The notes under the pieces are model-generated. The model worked only from the letters and a program-made list of their open reading frames with translations, searched no databases and was not told the DNA's origin. A stretch of DNA of 64,000 bases from Octopus bimaculoides (lineage: Eukaryota), in the NCBI RefSeq assembly GCF_001194135.2, contig NC_068984.1:56769740-56833739 (forward strand). Direction: 5' to 3'. Made by a program: the position numbers and the translations under genes. Within the stretch, counting starts at the first letter, position 1, and every line of letters begins with the position of its first letter. Below, piece by piece: positions 1 through 12,600 of the stretch.

Positions 1-945
1 ACACATCCAGTAGATCATGCTCCCCTCATTTCTTCTCTGATTCCAGGGACCACATCTCACTACCATGCTCTTTGTAACCAATCATCATACAATCTGTAGA
101 ATATATTTTTTATGTATTATTGTTATCTCATTGCTGTTATTTCACTATTTAAATTGAAAAACGTGTTTTTTTATGGTGAGCCAAGTGCCTTTAAGTCATT
201 GACCAATGATATATAAAGGCAGGTAATCCTTCAGATGTATTTGCCAGTCATTGCTGCATTCAGACCAGAAGTGGTTATCAGGTTGATACTTTGATTTGCA
301 TTTTGGATGATTCACTGTCCAACTTGAAAAACAAAAGGATGCCCTAATTACTCATAAATCTTTTTAATAACTGAAGGAACATAATGTCTTAAATAGCAAA
401 AGAGAACAATATTTTGTCAGTTCATTGTATTATTTCAAAAGCTTGGTGATTGATAACAATTTAGTTGAAAATGTAAATGTGTAACCAGTAACTCAAACTC
501 CTCTGATTCATGTCAATTTTTTTTTTAAAAAAGAAGCAATTCTTCAACATATTGGTTTTTAATAATTTCTTTCATTCAGTAAATATTTTATATTTTGATT
601 TCCTCACTGTTTTTCTTTTGCTTGCCTTATTTTAAAATCTACTTTAAAAACCTAATTCTAATTTTTCTTTACTTTATTAGTATTTTTTATTTTATCAGTT
701 CTTTAACTAAATATGGTAATGAAATGTAACAAACTTTTCTTTTAATATTTTACACCAAATTCCAAATTACATAGAACAGTTTACAATTTATTAAATTCTT
801 GTTCCAGTGAAGCAGAAAAGAAAACCAACAAAAACAAAACAAAACATGCACAATATTAAATAAATCATAAGAAAAAGTCTTTGTTGTTTATCAAATATAT
901 TTTTAGTTTTAACTTTTCATTTAAAATTATTTAATCTTTATCAAT

Positions 946-1213
946 NNNNNNNNNNNNNNNNNNNNNNNNNNNNNNNNNNNNNNNNNNNNNNNNNNNNNNN
1001 NNNNNNNNNNNNNNNNNNNNNNNNNNNNNNNNNNNNNNNNNNNNNNNNNNNNNNNNNNNNNNNNNNNNNNNNNNNNNNNNNNNNNNNNNNNNNNNNNNNN
1101 NNNNNNNNNNNNNNNNNNNNNNNNNNNNNNNNNNNNNNNNNNNNNNNNNNNNNNNNNNNNNNNNNNNNNNNNNNNNNNNNNNNNNNNNNNNNNNNNNNNN
1201 NNNNNNNNNNNNN
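946..1213. other. Assembly gap (N run)
   Basis: Run of N; ORFs 927..1250 and 931..1218 are artefacts. Confidence 0.99.
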
Positions 1214-1336
1214 GGCACTTGTTTAAGTTATCCTTGATAAAAGCATTCAAGCCATGGCTATCCTGAATTTTTCAGCATAATGTTTTCTGGTTTGAGAGAA
1301 ATTTGACTGTAATTTCATTGTCAAAGCTGTTGAAGG

Positions 1337-1361
1337 AGTGTGTGTGTGTGTGTGTGTGTGA

Positions 1362-1407
<46 letters not shown>
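1337..1407. repeat. Compound (GT)n(GA)n microsatellite
   Basis: Direct reading. Confidence 0.95.
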
Positions 1408-1410
<3 letters not shown>

Positions 1411-1479
1411 GCAAAGTCTAAATTTCATAAGTTTTTGAGAATAAATGAATTATGAATGATGTTAATATTATTATTAGTT

Positions 1480-1690
1480 GTCAGCTAATGAATTGGTCAA
1501 ATTTGTTAAAACATCAGACAAAATGCTTTGCAGTATTTGTTCAAGTTATTTACATTCTGAATTCAAATCTTGCCTAAGTCAACTTCAGGGTTCAATAAAC
1601 TCAAGCACCAATCAAATTCTGAGCTTGATATAATTGAGTTCCTCTTCCCCAAAATTCGAGGCTTTGTGCTGAATAAGAAATCAATATTAT
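1480..1690 (+). mobile_element. Degraded tRNA-derived SINE (family C, same as the 46-48 kb array)
   Basis: caaaatgctttgcagtatttg...ctgaattcaaatc...ccccaaaatt...ctttgtgc matches the better-preserved copy at 47138-47365. Confidence 0.6.
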
Positions 1691-1987
1691 TTATTGTATT
1701 AAGGTTATACTGAGGGTAAGTGATATAATCAAAACAGTGGAACATCACACTAACTTATAACAAATAATCTATTTCAGTGTACAAAGACTGATAAAATATA
1801 TACTACTTATATGCTCAGATTTAGAAATATAAATGTAGGACCAATGGTGAATGTGTAAATAAATCACTTAATGGTGTACCTTGAAGCAAATGTGACTATA
1901 ATTACTAGCTTGTAAAACACTATGGATGAAAAAATGCAAAAACAAAATAAAGGCTACCTACAAAATATGAACCATGCATTTTTTAAT

Positions 1988-2326
1988 GCTGGCACTCCAT
2001 CGCTGACGACGTTGAGGGTTCTAGTTGATCCGATCAATGGAACAGCCTGTTCATAAAATTAACGTGCAAGTGGCTGAGCACTCCACAGACACGTGTACCC
2101 TTAACGTAGTTCTTGAATTACAGGCACAACAGAAACGGGAAGTAAGAGTGAGAGAAAGTTGTGGTGAAAGAGTACAGCAGGGTTCGCCACCATCCCCTGG
2201 CTGAGCCTCGTGGAGCTTTAGGTGTTTTCGCTCAATAAACACTCAAAACGCCCGGTCTGGGAACTGAAACCGCGATCCTATGACAGCGAGTCCGCTGCCC
2301 TAAACACTGGGCCATTGCGCCTCCAC
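1988..2326 (-). mobile_element. tRNA-derived SINE (family A), nearly full length, with internal deletion
   Basis: Minus strand starts GTGGAGGCGCAATGGCCCAGTG (A box) and has GGTTTCAGTTCCC (B-box-like). Exact 12-bp TSD GCATTTTTTAAT at 1976-1987 and 2327-2338. High similarity to 35762-36149 but lacks about 44 bp of its middle. Confidence 0.92.
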
Positions 2327-2719
2327 GCATTTTTTAATATAACTGAGTCAATTCAATGGTCTAAAAGCCTATCCTAAAACTTTAGTAAATACAGCCTGTC
2401 ATAACATTTTTTATGGAGAAAGAATTGTTTACTGGTCATATTGAAGCTGGTTCTATTTTGGAGTTGCTTTCTCTCATTTAGAAAAAATATCGTGGAGAAT
2501 ATTTTAGCAATATTTTAAATGCCATTCCAATTTCAGTAGCTTTCTGTTCTATAAAGACCACTTATGACCAACCAAAAACAGTGGTTAACTCTACATTTCT
2601 ATTGGATGTATTTTGTAAATTTTACCACTGAGCTAATCACCCTGAAATTTCTCATTTGCTCTTTATTGTTATTGTGCTTATGTTGTTGTTGATTGAGCAG
2701 ATCTTTTTTTTATATATCT

Positions 2720-3005
2720 AGGCTGTGTGGTAAGAATATTGCTTCCAAACCACATGGTTCTGGGTTCAGTTCCATTACATGGCACCTTGGACAAGTGTCT
2801 TCTACTGTAGCCTTGGGCTGACAAAATCCTTATGAGTGGATTTGGTTGATGGAAACTGAAAGAAGCCTGTTGTATATATATATGTATGTATGTGTGTATA
2901 TCTGTTTGTCCCTCACCATTGCTTCACAACCAGTGTTGGTGTGTTCTTGCCCCATAACTTAGTAGTTTGGCAATAGAGCCCAATAGAATATGTATCAGGC
3001 TTAAA

Positions 3006-3053
<48 letters not shown>

Positions 3054-3150
3054 CTAGGGTTGATGCATTCAACTAAAATTCTTCAAGGTGGTGCCCCAGC
3101 ATGACCACAGTCTACTGACTGAAACAAGTAAGAGATAAAAGATAAAGATT
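2720..3150 (+). mobile_element. tRNA-derived SINE (family B, tail type 1) with expanded internal A-tract
   Basis: Head ggctgtgtggtaag...gggttcagttcc...ccttggacaagtgtc; tail ccagcatgaccacagtc...gactgaaacaagtaag; 42-nt poly(A) at 3009-3050. Confidence 0.85.
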
Positions 3151-4100
3151 ATGTTAACCAATGCTTCCTTTTTTTTAAAGACCATAGAGTATGACTTAAG
3201 AGATTTTTGTTGCTATTTCTACCACATCAAGTGACTACATATCTCATTACTTCTTCGGCTCATTGTTGTTCATATTTTGTTTTAGTGATTTAGCATCAGC
3301 TTAAACAATATTACAATAAAGTATATTTTATTGTTGCTTTGCTTATCAATAAAGAAATAATGTTAGAATTGACTAATGCTGGTCAATGCGGATAAAGAAA
3401 AACATTTTCACATTAATTCTTATGAGATATATTGGCAGAGACTGATATCACTATTGTCATTGTCATCATTTTTGTAATCATAATATTTGCACTTTTTTTC
3501 TGTTTGCATGAAAAAAGTCTTGCCTAGTTTATAATGTAGAGAGGGTGTACTTTTTTTTTATGTGCCATTGGTGCCAATGAGTCTGTCTATGGAAGGACTG
3601 AAGACTCCCCTGTACTCTGTATCTGTTCTTATTTGGAATTACTTTTCTCTCGAATAGGCTACTTGCAATGCAGTTTGTAGTGTCTAAATCTCCTTTATTT
3701 GTTTGTTCATTCTTTTGAAGCATGGTATTTATGGTTGGATGCCCTTCCTATCACCAACTTAACAGCATGGACTAGGTGCATTTTATTTTACTAGCAGTAT
3801 TTGAGTGGTTGTCTGCAGGAAGATTTAAAGAGTTTGCTATTCTGTATCATATATAATTTAGTAATAGTTCTGTATGGAATCAGGGCGGAAAAATATTAAA
3901 GGGAAATCTGATTCAAGTATCTGTAAAATATTATTAATGGAGGTGAATTAACAGATTTGTTAGCGTTGGATAGAATGCCTTGCAGTATTTGTTCTAGTTT
4001 TCTAGTTCTCTCTACTCAGAGTTCAACTCCTGCTGAAATTAACTTTGGACAAATCCTTTGATGGCTATAAAGTACCAGTCCAGTGCTGGGGTTGATATTT

Positions 4101-4131
4101 CTGTCTGTCTGCCTGTCTGTCATCTGTCTGA

Positions 4132-4205
<74 letters not shown>
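4101..4205. repeat. Compound (TCTG)n(TC)n(CA)n microsatellite
   Basis: Direct reading; explains ORFs 4016..4204, 4058..4333 and 4065..4352. Confidence 0.95.
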
Positions 4206-4206
<1 letters not shown>

Positions 4207-7139
4207 CAGCAGTATTCAGGCCCGGAGAAGGATGGAATCTGCCATGTCTCTAATGCCTGAGGTACACTATATGTTACAAGAGCATTTGTACGACTGTCGG
4301 GAGTTGAGGGCTCAAAGTGAAATATTGTTTTAAATGTCATACTGAACCTCAACTGTACAAGATCTATTTGTAATATTTCACATTTTTATTTTATCTTATG
4401 CTATAAACATAGAATAGCATTCTTTATTTTTTTCTACAACATTACAGTGAATCTAAATAGCTTTCATTTCTGACATGAAGATTTATGTTGTTTGTATAAA
4501 GATCAGAACTGTGCTTTTTTTGTCTCATTAAAGTTGGACATCCCTCAATGTATGCATGGCACTTCGCATCCTTTGCTTAGCAACTAATATGCAAGTTAAA
4601 CACCAGCATTTACTGATTGGAAAAGGTTTCATGAAGATGATAATGCTGCCACTGTTCCTGCTGCTACTGCAGACATGTCATCTGATCAGAAAAGAGAAGG
4701 CTTTGCTTTCTCTTTTAAATCAAATATAAATGTTTGGCCATTTCTTAATCCAAATTGATTATGAGCTGTTAATGACCAAATTGTCTAAGATAGATCATAT
4801 TTTATTTTTATGTTCAATCCATGCCAGCATGGAAAGCAGTTGTTAGAAGACGATAATACAGCTCATATCTGGCTGTCTTTTTTTTATTTGGTGGAAAATT
4901 TTGTCATATTGCATATGTATGTATATGGCAATACACATACACACATATGGACAGCAGGGTAATAACTTCTTTCTCAGGAACAAGGAGCTTCCTGTAATAA
5001 CGTGTGAAATATAATTCCTGTAGTTGACTCCAGCATACTTTATTATTTTGTCAATCATGCTAGGATGAAATGTAAACCAAGTTTTTTTTTTTTAAAGCCA
5101 AATTGTTTCATTAATTTGTGTGAATAATGACAACATTCTATGGTAGGTACAATATTGGTGGAGTGTTGAACAAAATGCCTTGTGTGTATTTAGTTATGTG
5201 TGTTTATATCAGGAGTTCAAATCCAGCCAAAGTAATTTTTATATTTTATTTTTCCAGAATTGATAAAGTAACCAATCAAATACTAGAATGGATATTTGCC
5301 AATGTAAATTATTTTACTTGGTATTATATCTTTTATACATGCTTTTACTATGTTGAGTAAAATCTAGAATATGAAGAAAGTGGAATGTTCTCCATTAGTT
5401 TTTTGTTTTCTTTTACTATTTAGTCTAGTTTTTGACCCTAAAATTAGTGGGAAGCAGTAGGGAAATTATTCTGAAACTGAAGACCTGGTCTGAATTCTTG
5501 CAGCAGAGTGAACACCTAAGGACTAGTCCATTGAAAAGGTCATAGAAAACTTCAACAGCTTTAATTTTCATGAGGGGGTGAAGGCATACTCACAGCCTAA
5601 GCAACAGCACTGTTTTTCTTCCGTATTCTCAGATGAAGAGAAAGAGTTTAGAACATTAAATTCTCCATCCTACATTGTAACTGAAATTACTGAACTCTCA
5701 TATCAGCCATCCTTTATTAGATATGTTGATACATGTACATGTGGTTAAGAAGTTTACATTGAAATTATAAGGTTTCAGATCTTATTCAAGGCATCTTGAG
5801 TAAGTGTCTTCCTCCCATGGCCTTGGGTTGGGAGAAATACATGTCTTTTTTTTATAGCCTTGTGAGTGAAATTAGGTTGTTGGAAACTGTTGGATAGACT
5901 ATATTTATGATTTGAGGGTCTGGCCATACCATATAGTGTCATGTTGAGTCAACCTGAGAAATATATCAAGTGTACAATCCTATAGTATACTCAGCCATTT
6001 ACACTCCCATGGGTAGTTAGTTTCATTAATTAAACAATCATTCATCAAATCTGTGAGAATCTATATTGATTATGTACAAGATCTGTCATATATTGATTTT
6101 ACTAATGTTGAGGGATCATTTATATGGTTACAACTCTCTAGGAATAGTCACTGAATTTTGTCAAATCATATCATACTATCTTAAAACAAGGACACATTAG
6201 ATAATGTAGCTCTGCTTATACTAAAACATGTGGTGGTCACTGACTGGAATGTCTTTGATCATAAGTCTGCTTGATCAGAGTTCACCTATAGCTAACAACA
6301 ACAAAAATTAATACTGATTGATCTCAGCCTACAAGTTGCAAAAGATGTTCAAGGTTGTTTCGTGAATTGCCTGAAGAGATGTTGGCTAAATATTCTGATT
6401 TCATAATGGCTATTTCAAAACTTGCTTCTGCTGGCAAAGCATCATTGAATAGAAATAAATCCTATTATATACATACACACACACACACACACACACAGAC
6501 ACACATATATATATATACACACCTCATCTATACACATACACACGGGATGTGTGTGTATTTATATTATTTTGCATTTTATTTGAACAAGTTCAGGATAAAG
6601 ATTAAAGCTTTTAAGCAAGTACATCTTTAGGATGAAAATAATCAAATGTCATGCTACTGTTAATTCTTGCCTTTTCTCATTGTTCACAGATAAATGATAA
6701 AAAAAAAACCCAGCTTTTTTTCTTTTTTATTTAAATAGCAAATTCCACTAACCTTATCTACTCATTAGTGTTTTCTCATGTCAGAAAATATTAACAGAAG
6801 TAAAAATAGACTATGCTGTTGACAACTGTCTTCTATGGTCAGTTAGTTTTGAAAATGGTAATCTTTATCACTTTGCAGTATTATTGTTTTTGGTTTCTAC
6901 TAAAATAAACAACAATTTGTAATATATGTATTAGTATTAAAGAGTGTTGGATGCATTTATTGAGAAAGGAATGAATTTTATTATTTCTTTCATCCTTAGA
7001 TTTTTGCTTCTTTCTTAGTCTTAGAGAAGTCAATTAGTAGGAATATGGCTCTTTTGTTTTTGTTAAATGAACAGGTTCTATTTTATGGTTGAATGGTTAA
7101 AGAAAATTATTTACTGTAATTAAAGGATTAAATCAAAGT

Positions 7140-7612
7140 GAAAGTCTAATTTGTTTGACACCTCTCTGTAACCTAAGTATACCCTTCCCTACTACATCTT
7201 CCTTCTACTCTCCTCTCTTTCACCTCCGCCCTCTCTCTCCCTCCATTTCCTGCTGAGGTAGGCATGTATCTCCTTTAGTGCAGGACACCTATTTCTGTCC
7301 CTCTATTTGTACTCTAATCTCTCATCACCTGATACAAAAACACCTCCCTCAGTACTACCCCACCTACCCATCCTCAGTTGAGAGGTCTTGTCTTATTTGG
7401 TGACCTCACTGCTGCTGGTGCCATATAAAAAAGCATTCAGTATACACTGTAAAGTGGTTGGCATTGGGAAGGTGTTACAGCCATAGAAACTATGCCAAAG
7501 CAGAGAGTTGAGCTTGGCACAGTCTGACTTGTCAGCTTCTGTCAAACTGTCCAGTCAAAGCCAGCACAGAAAACAAACATTAAATAATGTTGATGATGAT
7601 GTTGTTGATAAT
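7140..7612 (+). mobile_element. 3' UTR remnant of an RTE-like LINE
   Basis: aaagtggttggcattgggaagg...cagccatagaaac...gccagcacagaaaacaaacattaaat followed by (GAT)n. The same tail recurs at about 13030, 13690, 18600, 49500 and 52650, and inverted at 3720 and 17250. Family assignment is from recall. Confidence 0.6.
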
Positions 7613-8769
7613 CCAAGGTCAGCCCAAATTGAGCAGATTCATGATCAAAGATGTTCCAGCTGTGTGACCAGCCTCCTTTTATATATGTAGGATCACATTG
7701 TCCAATAGATTCTTCTTTTAAGGTTGTAAGAAGCAATTTGAAGGAAATTTGGCTGCTATTTTTAGCAGCTTCTGTAACCATGTAAAAGCTCCTTTGTTAG
7801 TTCATGAGAATGATATTTTTTTAGATTGATGTTCTTCATAATGCTGCTCAATCAGTTATTGTGTTGTGAAATATGGGAGCATTCAACCACACGATTTTGT
7901 CCACACTAACAAAAGGAAATTTGATAGGTTCACTCTATTTTTGAACAAAGTCGGGATCAGACAGAATATGTACGCATATGTGCTGCTCTATTGTTATTCA
8001 CATATCATTAATTAAGAATATTTTCTTCAGTTTTATTGTTGCATTGTATTAACAGGAAACACAGTCTATTTGTACTTTTTCATGTTCAACTTTTTAACTA
8101 CTGTTCACTACATGACCAGATACCAAAAGACAAACCATGAAGAAAAGAGAAAAAGACACACTTAACATAGTTTTTATATTGTGTATGCAGAATATTTTCT
8201 TGTGTTTATTTTGTTGTATGTCTTCTGCATCTGTGTGAAACATTTCAGATTAGTTTCTCACGTATTCTAATGTATATCATTTCAAAATGTTTGCAATTTC
8301 TTTTTTGCTTTTCCTTTTCAACGGAACAATAATAAGAAAAAATGTATACAAAATTAATTCCTTATTTTATTTATTTATTTATTTTTGACATAGAAAATTA
8401 TCCGGATTAATGAAAAAAAACATATTCTCATATCTTTACCAATTGAATATTTGGTTTGTAATTATGTTTTCATGTTCAGGAAAAAAGAGCTTTTATTATT
8501 TGTTATGCAGCCTTTGTACATTGGCCATGCCTAATTTCAGTTTAAATCTAATTTTTGTCTCTTGTTAATGTTGATTTTAGTAGGCTTTATTAGTTTTGGT
8601 TTTGTTTAATTAGAAAATGTAGGTTTCGAACTGTCTAGGTTATGTGGATAGTGAAGAAATTTATTAAAAGGTATTTAAATGTTTTCAATTAAAATTAAGA
8701 AAAATGTGGAATCAGTCTGATTTAGACTGTGTGTTGTTTTACATGCCCATCAAAGCATCAGTATTGTGA

Positions 8770-8772
<3 letters not shown>

Positions 8773-8822
<50 letters not shown>
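8773..8822. repeat. (TA)n microsatellite
   Basis: Direct reading. Confidence 0.95.
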
Positions 8823-9491
8823 ACAGAGTTTGTGTGTGTCTGTGTGTGGTTCCTTATGGATTTGAAAACTGGGTTGCCAATTTTGACATGAGGAATCAAA
8901 AGATTCAGTAATCTTTTGGCTACCAAATAAAGTATGTTTTTTGCACAACTCTCTTTACTACAAAAATAACCTTGAAAATAAGGCCAGGTCACACAATTTA
9001 GAGGTCATTTTCAGGCAATATTCAGATTTGCTTCTCATCTACGTAGCCAATTTTAATGTTTTTGGTGTCAAAAAATGCAACAAGGAATGTTATGAGTGCA
9101 TTTTTGATGCACAAAACCCTATTTTGTGAACAGAAAATGACCAAAAACCATGCTGTTTTGGCACATTTTCTCATTTTCTGTACCATCCACTTCCACATTC
9201 TTTTTTTTAAATTTCTTTGGATTTCTATGTTTTCAATATAAGAGAATACGATTATGCCCCAAAATTACATTTTCAAAATTTTAATTTCGCCCCTCCTCAC
9301 CCCAATTTTTGAAAAAAATGTTGGGGTTGCAAATGTCACCACCGACTTGCTAGAAACAACAGCTAAATGACACAATTTCTGAAGGTTTATATCAAAGATG
9401 AGGTTTTTAAATATGCTCATCACAAACATGAATTACAAAATAAAATAAGTTGGCAGAGTTCTGATTGAAGCATGTACTAAAACCCCCCCAT

Positions 9492-9645
9492 AACTTTTTA
9501 TTTTGAAGAATTTTCAGAAAAATTTTTTTTGTCTTCTGCATAATGGAATTAATACAATTGTTTTAAACTTTTTATTTTGAAGAATTTTCAGAAAAATTTT
9601 GATTTTTGTCTTCTGCATAATGGAATTAATACAATTGTTTTAAAC
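9492..9645. repeat. Tandem duplication of a 74-bp unit
   Basis: aactttttattttgaagaattttcagaaaaatttt...gtcttctgcataatggaattaatacaattgtttta occurs twice back to back, with a small indel. Confidence 0.92.
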
Positions 9646-12600
9646 ATTTCCCCTTTCCACTAATTCCAAAACTTTCTAGTTTTTTAATTTAAAAAAAAAA
9701 TTTTTGGTTTTAAAATGTGGACAGTCCAATTCTGCCATTCATTTCTCTTTATAATTTCCAAATAATTTTTTAAATACTTTGCAATCAAAATTGTTGGGTG
9801 TTTGTGTAAGAGAAAATCATTTACTAACAGAAAATTATGTTATTAAAATAAATTATCTCTAACATACCTTCAAATTGGTGTGAGAACAACATTTACTAAC
9901 AGAGAAGTTGCGAAAATAAATTGAATTATTGTGGATAAAGTATTAAAACTTGAAAACTTGTTCATGAAGTGTACAATTCAAATTTCAATTTGACTGTGAT
10001 CTTCTCGCTAGGAGTCACCCTTATTTCTAAAAGGACAGGTGTCTGTTTTGTTAGAAATAAAGAGATACACCGTTAAATGATACATATATATTAATGTGTG
10101 TTAGTGTGTTGCTGTGAATGTGCTCATTCCAGCAAATTTCACCCACAAAGCCAAGCTTTGATAGAAGACCCTTATGCAAAGTATTGCTTAGTATGACTAA
10201 ATCTGGAAACATGTGGTTGCATAGCAAACACCTTAACTACACAGCTGTGCCTGTGGTCAAATTATGTTAATCTTTTGTCAGAAGCCATTGTGTTGTAGAT
10301 GACTTCTCTTAGCAAAAGCATCTATAGGCTTTCTGTGTATAAATATACTGTGTAGTAGTTTCTTATTGCCTAGACACAAATCTATGATTGTACTCAGGAT
10401 GTGTGTATAATATCTATTTCTGGCAGCAAGTGAATTGAGATAAATTTTTTAAGTGTCATGCTCAAAAACCCAATGAAATATTGGCTGGAAGTTTCAGTTG
10501 GTAAATGCAATATCACTTATCCACTTGGGCTTTTCACTACCATAATTTATAGATCAATATATAGATTAATAAATACATCTAAGACAGGTGTGTGTGTGTG
10601 GGGGGGGAGGGGTGATTTAAGAAATGATTTGATGAGGCTGTGATAAATATTGTTACTGGTCACATATGTATTTTAATTAAGTAGTTTTTTGTTTTGGTTT
10701 TGATTAAGTTTGATGCATTTAGTGTTATTGTCTATAATGAAATTATTTTCCTGTTTTCTTTTTTAAGTAAGATTTAATTGTATTTATATGGTTTTAAATT
10801 CTATTTCTGAGTGATGAAAATTCTTTTCATGTATTTAATTATAAAAGAATTAAGTTAAATGCAAGAATATAATTTTTTATAGTTGTAGCTTATCACGCGC
10901 GCATGCGTGTGTGTGTCTAGATATTTTAAGCTAGTTGATAAATTATGTTTTGTAAGAGTTTCTTCTTCAACTTCTAACAATCTAAACAATTAGAAATAAC
11001 TGATTACTAAAGCTACTTTATTGGTGTTTTGCAATTTTCTCCATATTGTATTTTCCATGTTAAACATTTTAAAATCATTCATTTTTATTATTAAAATGAA
11101 AATCATATAAATTGTAATACACTTTGTTTTGTAAGATGCTGAACTTTAGTAACTAAAGTGAAGTAAGATAGGTTTACCATGATGATGAAGTTTTGAAATA
11201 ATTTCTCATTCTGGAATGTAATGGATTAGATTAGATTAGTTAGTAAAATATCCTCTATTCAGCTGTCTCAGACTATTTTTGTTAAACACTATAAAGTTTT
11301 ATTTTGTACAGTTATCCTCCTCTTCTCAAACCTTATAAATTTCTTTTTCTTTTAATGACACATTGAAAATAATTGAACTTCAGAATCAAAGTTAACATGG
11401 TGAATGAATATACTGTCATTTCCTTTTGCAATTCTATCTACTTATGCTTCATTCCAAATAACCAATTAAGTTATATGACAAGTACAACATATTATCTTTG
11501 CTATCTGAAGAAATTAAATGTTTAAGGCAGGTTAGTTTTCAATGAAACTTAACCTTATCAGAGTTTATATTTTTTACATTGGTTTATGTAGTTATACAGC
11601 AAAAAGTAATCTTAAATTTAGATGACTGTTCTACATTTCTATTTTGATTCTTGAACCTAACTTTTCTTAAATTCTTTTCATTTGTTATTTTTAGCTGTGG
11701 TTTTTTTTTTCCAATAAAATGACATTTCATTTTATAAATATTACATTCAACATTTCAGTTTAAGATTCTAGAAGAAATATTCTTGTTTTCTTCAGAAAGA
11801 TGAAATATTTTACTTTATTTCTTTGTTCTTTTATTTTGTTTTAACTGCTGTCTCTTATTTAGATTCTCTTTTGGCTCCTGTGTCAACAATGCCTGCTTTA
11901 TGTCCTGCTTCTAAACAGACAGCATGCTTTGCTGCATTTGTCAGTCAGCCTTATCCATTCTGTGAAGTTGTAATGAAAATTCTTTCCCACAGTCCTACAG
12001 TGAATTTAGACTAGGTCAGAGGAATTAGATATTTTTCTTCTTTTTTTAGGGGATGGGTTGGGGATTGATGTTTAGGAATCTATGATGGCTTCTTTTCAGA
12101 CTTTAAAGAAAACAAAATAAGTGAAACATTTCTATTGTCTCAAGAATCATATGGCTGCCAGACTTATACAGCATAAAATGCCATTTTCTTGTTTAGGTTC
12201 CATTTTTGTTTGTATTTTTATAAATGGCTTCAAATTTTTGTGTTTTAATCTGTTTAACCCACTAAACAGTCTTCTACTGAGTTTCAAATACTTACCGTTA
12301 AAGTATACTGACACATGTTATACATACATAAATGTTATAATGCTTATATATATAAAGCTAACATGCAAACTGTCCTGATGTTATTACTCTGTATGATACT
12401 AAATATTTTATGCATCCCCATGCTTACCAAGTTAGAAGACAGATGCTGAGTACACATTTGTCTCTTTTAGGAACTTACCCTCCTCTCTCTCTCTCAATAT
12501 TTATACTGGGAATATTCTTTTTGCTTTTCTGGCATAAATTTCTCTATTTTGATTTTATCTACTATTTCTACTTTATTTAAAAGTTCATAATATTCTGGAT

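Noticed and set aside
4207-4333. GC/CpG-richer segment with frame IQARRRMESAMSLMPEVHYMLQEHLYDCRELRAQSEILF
   Set aside because: No convincing splice-site pair or recognisable protein; the ORF start lies in a microsatellite.
6355-6430. CTGAAGA...CAAAAC spacing resembling a hammerhead, and ORF 6355..6630
   Set aside because: Stem II pairs at only about 6/10 and there is no stem III or NUH triplet; the ORF runs into (CA)n.
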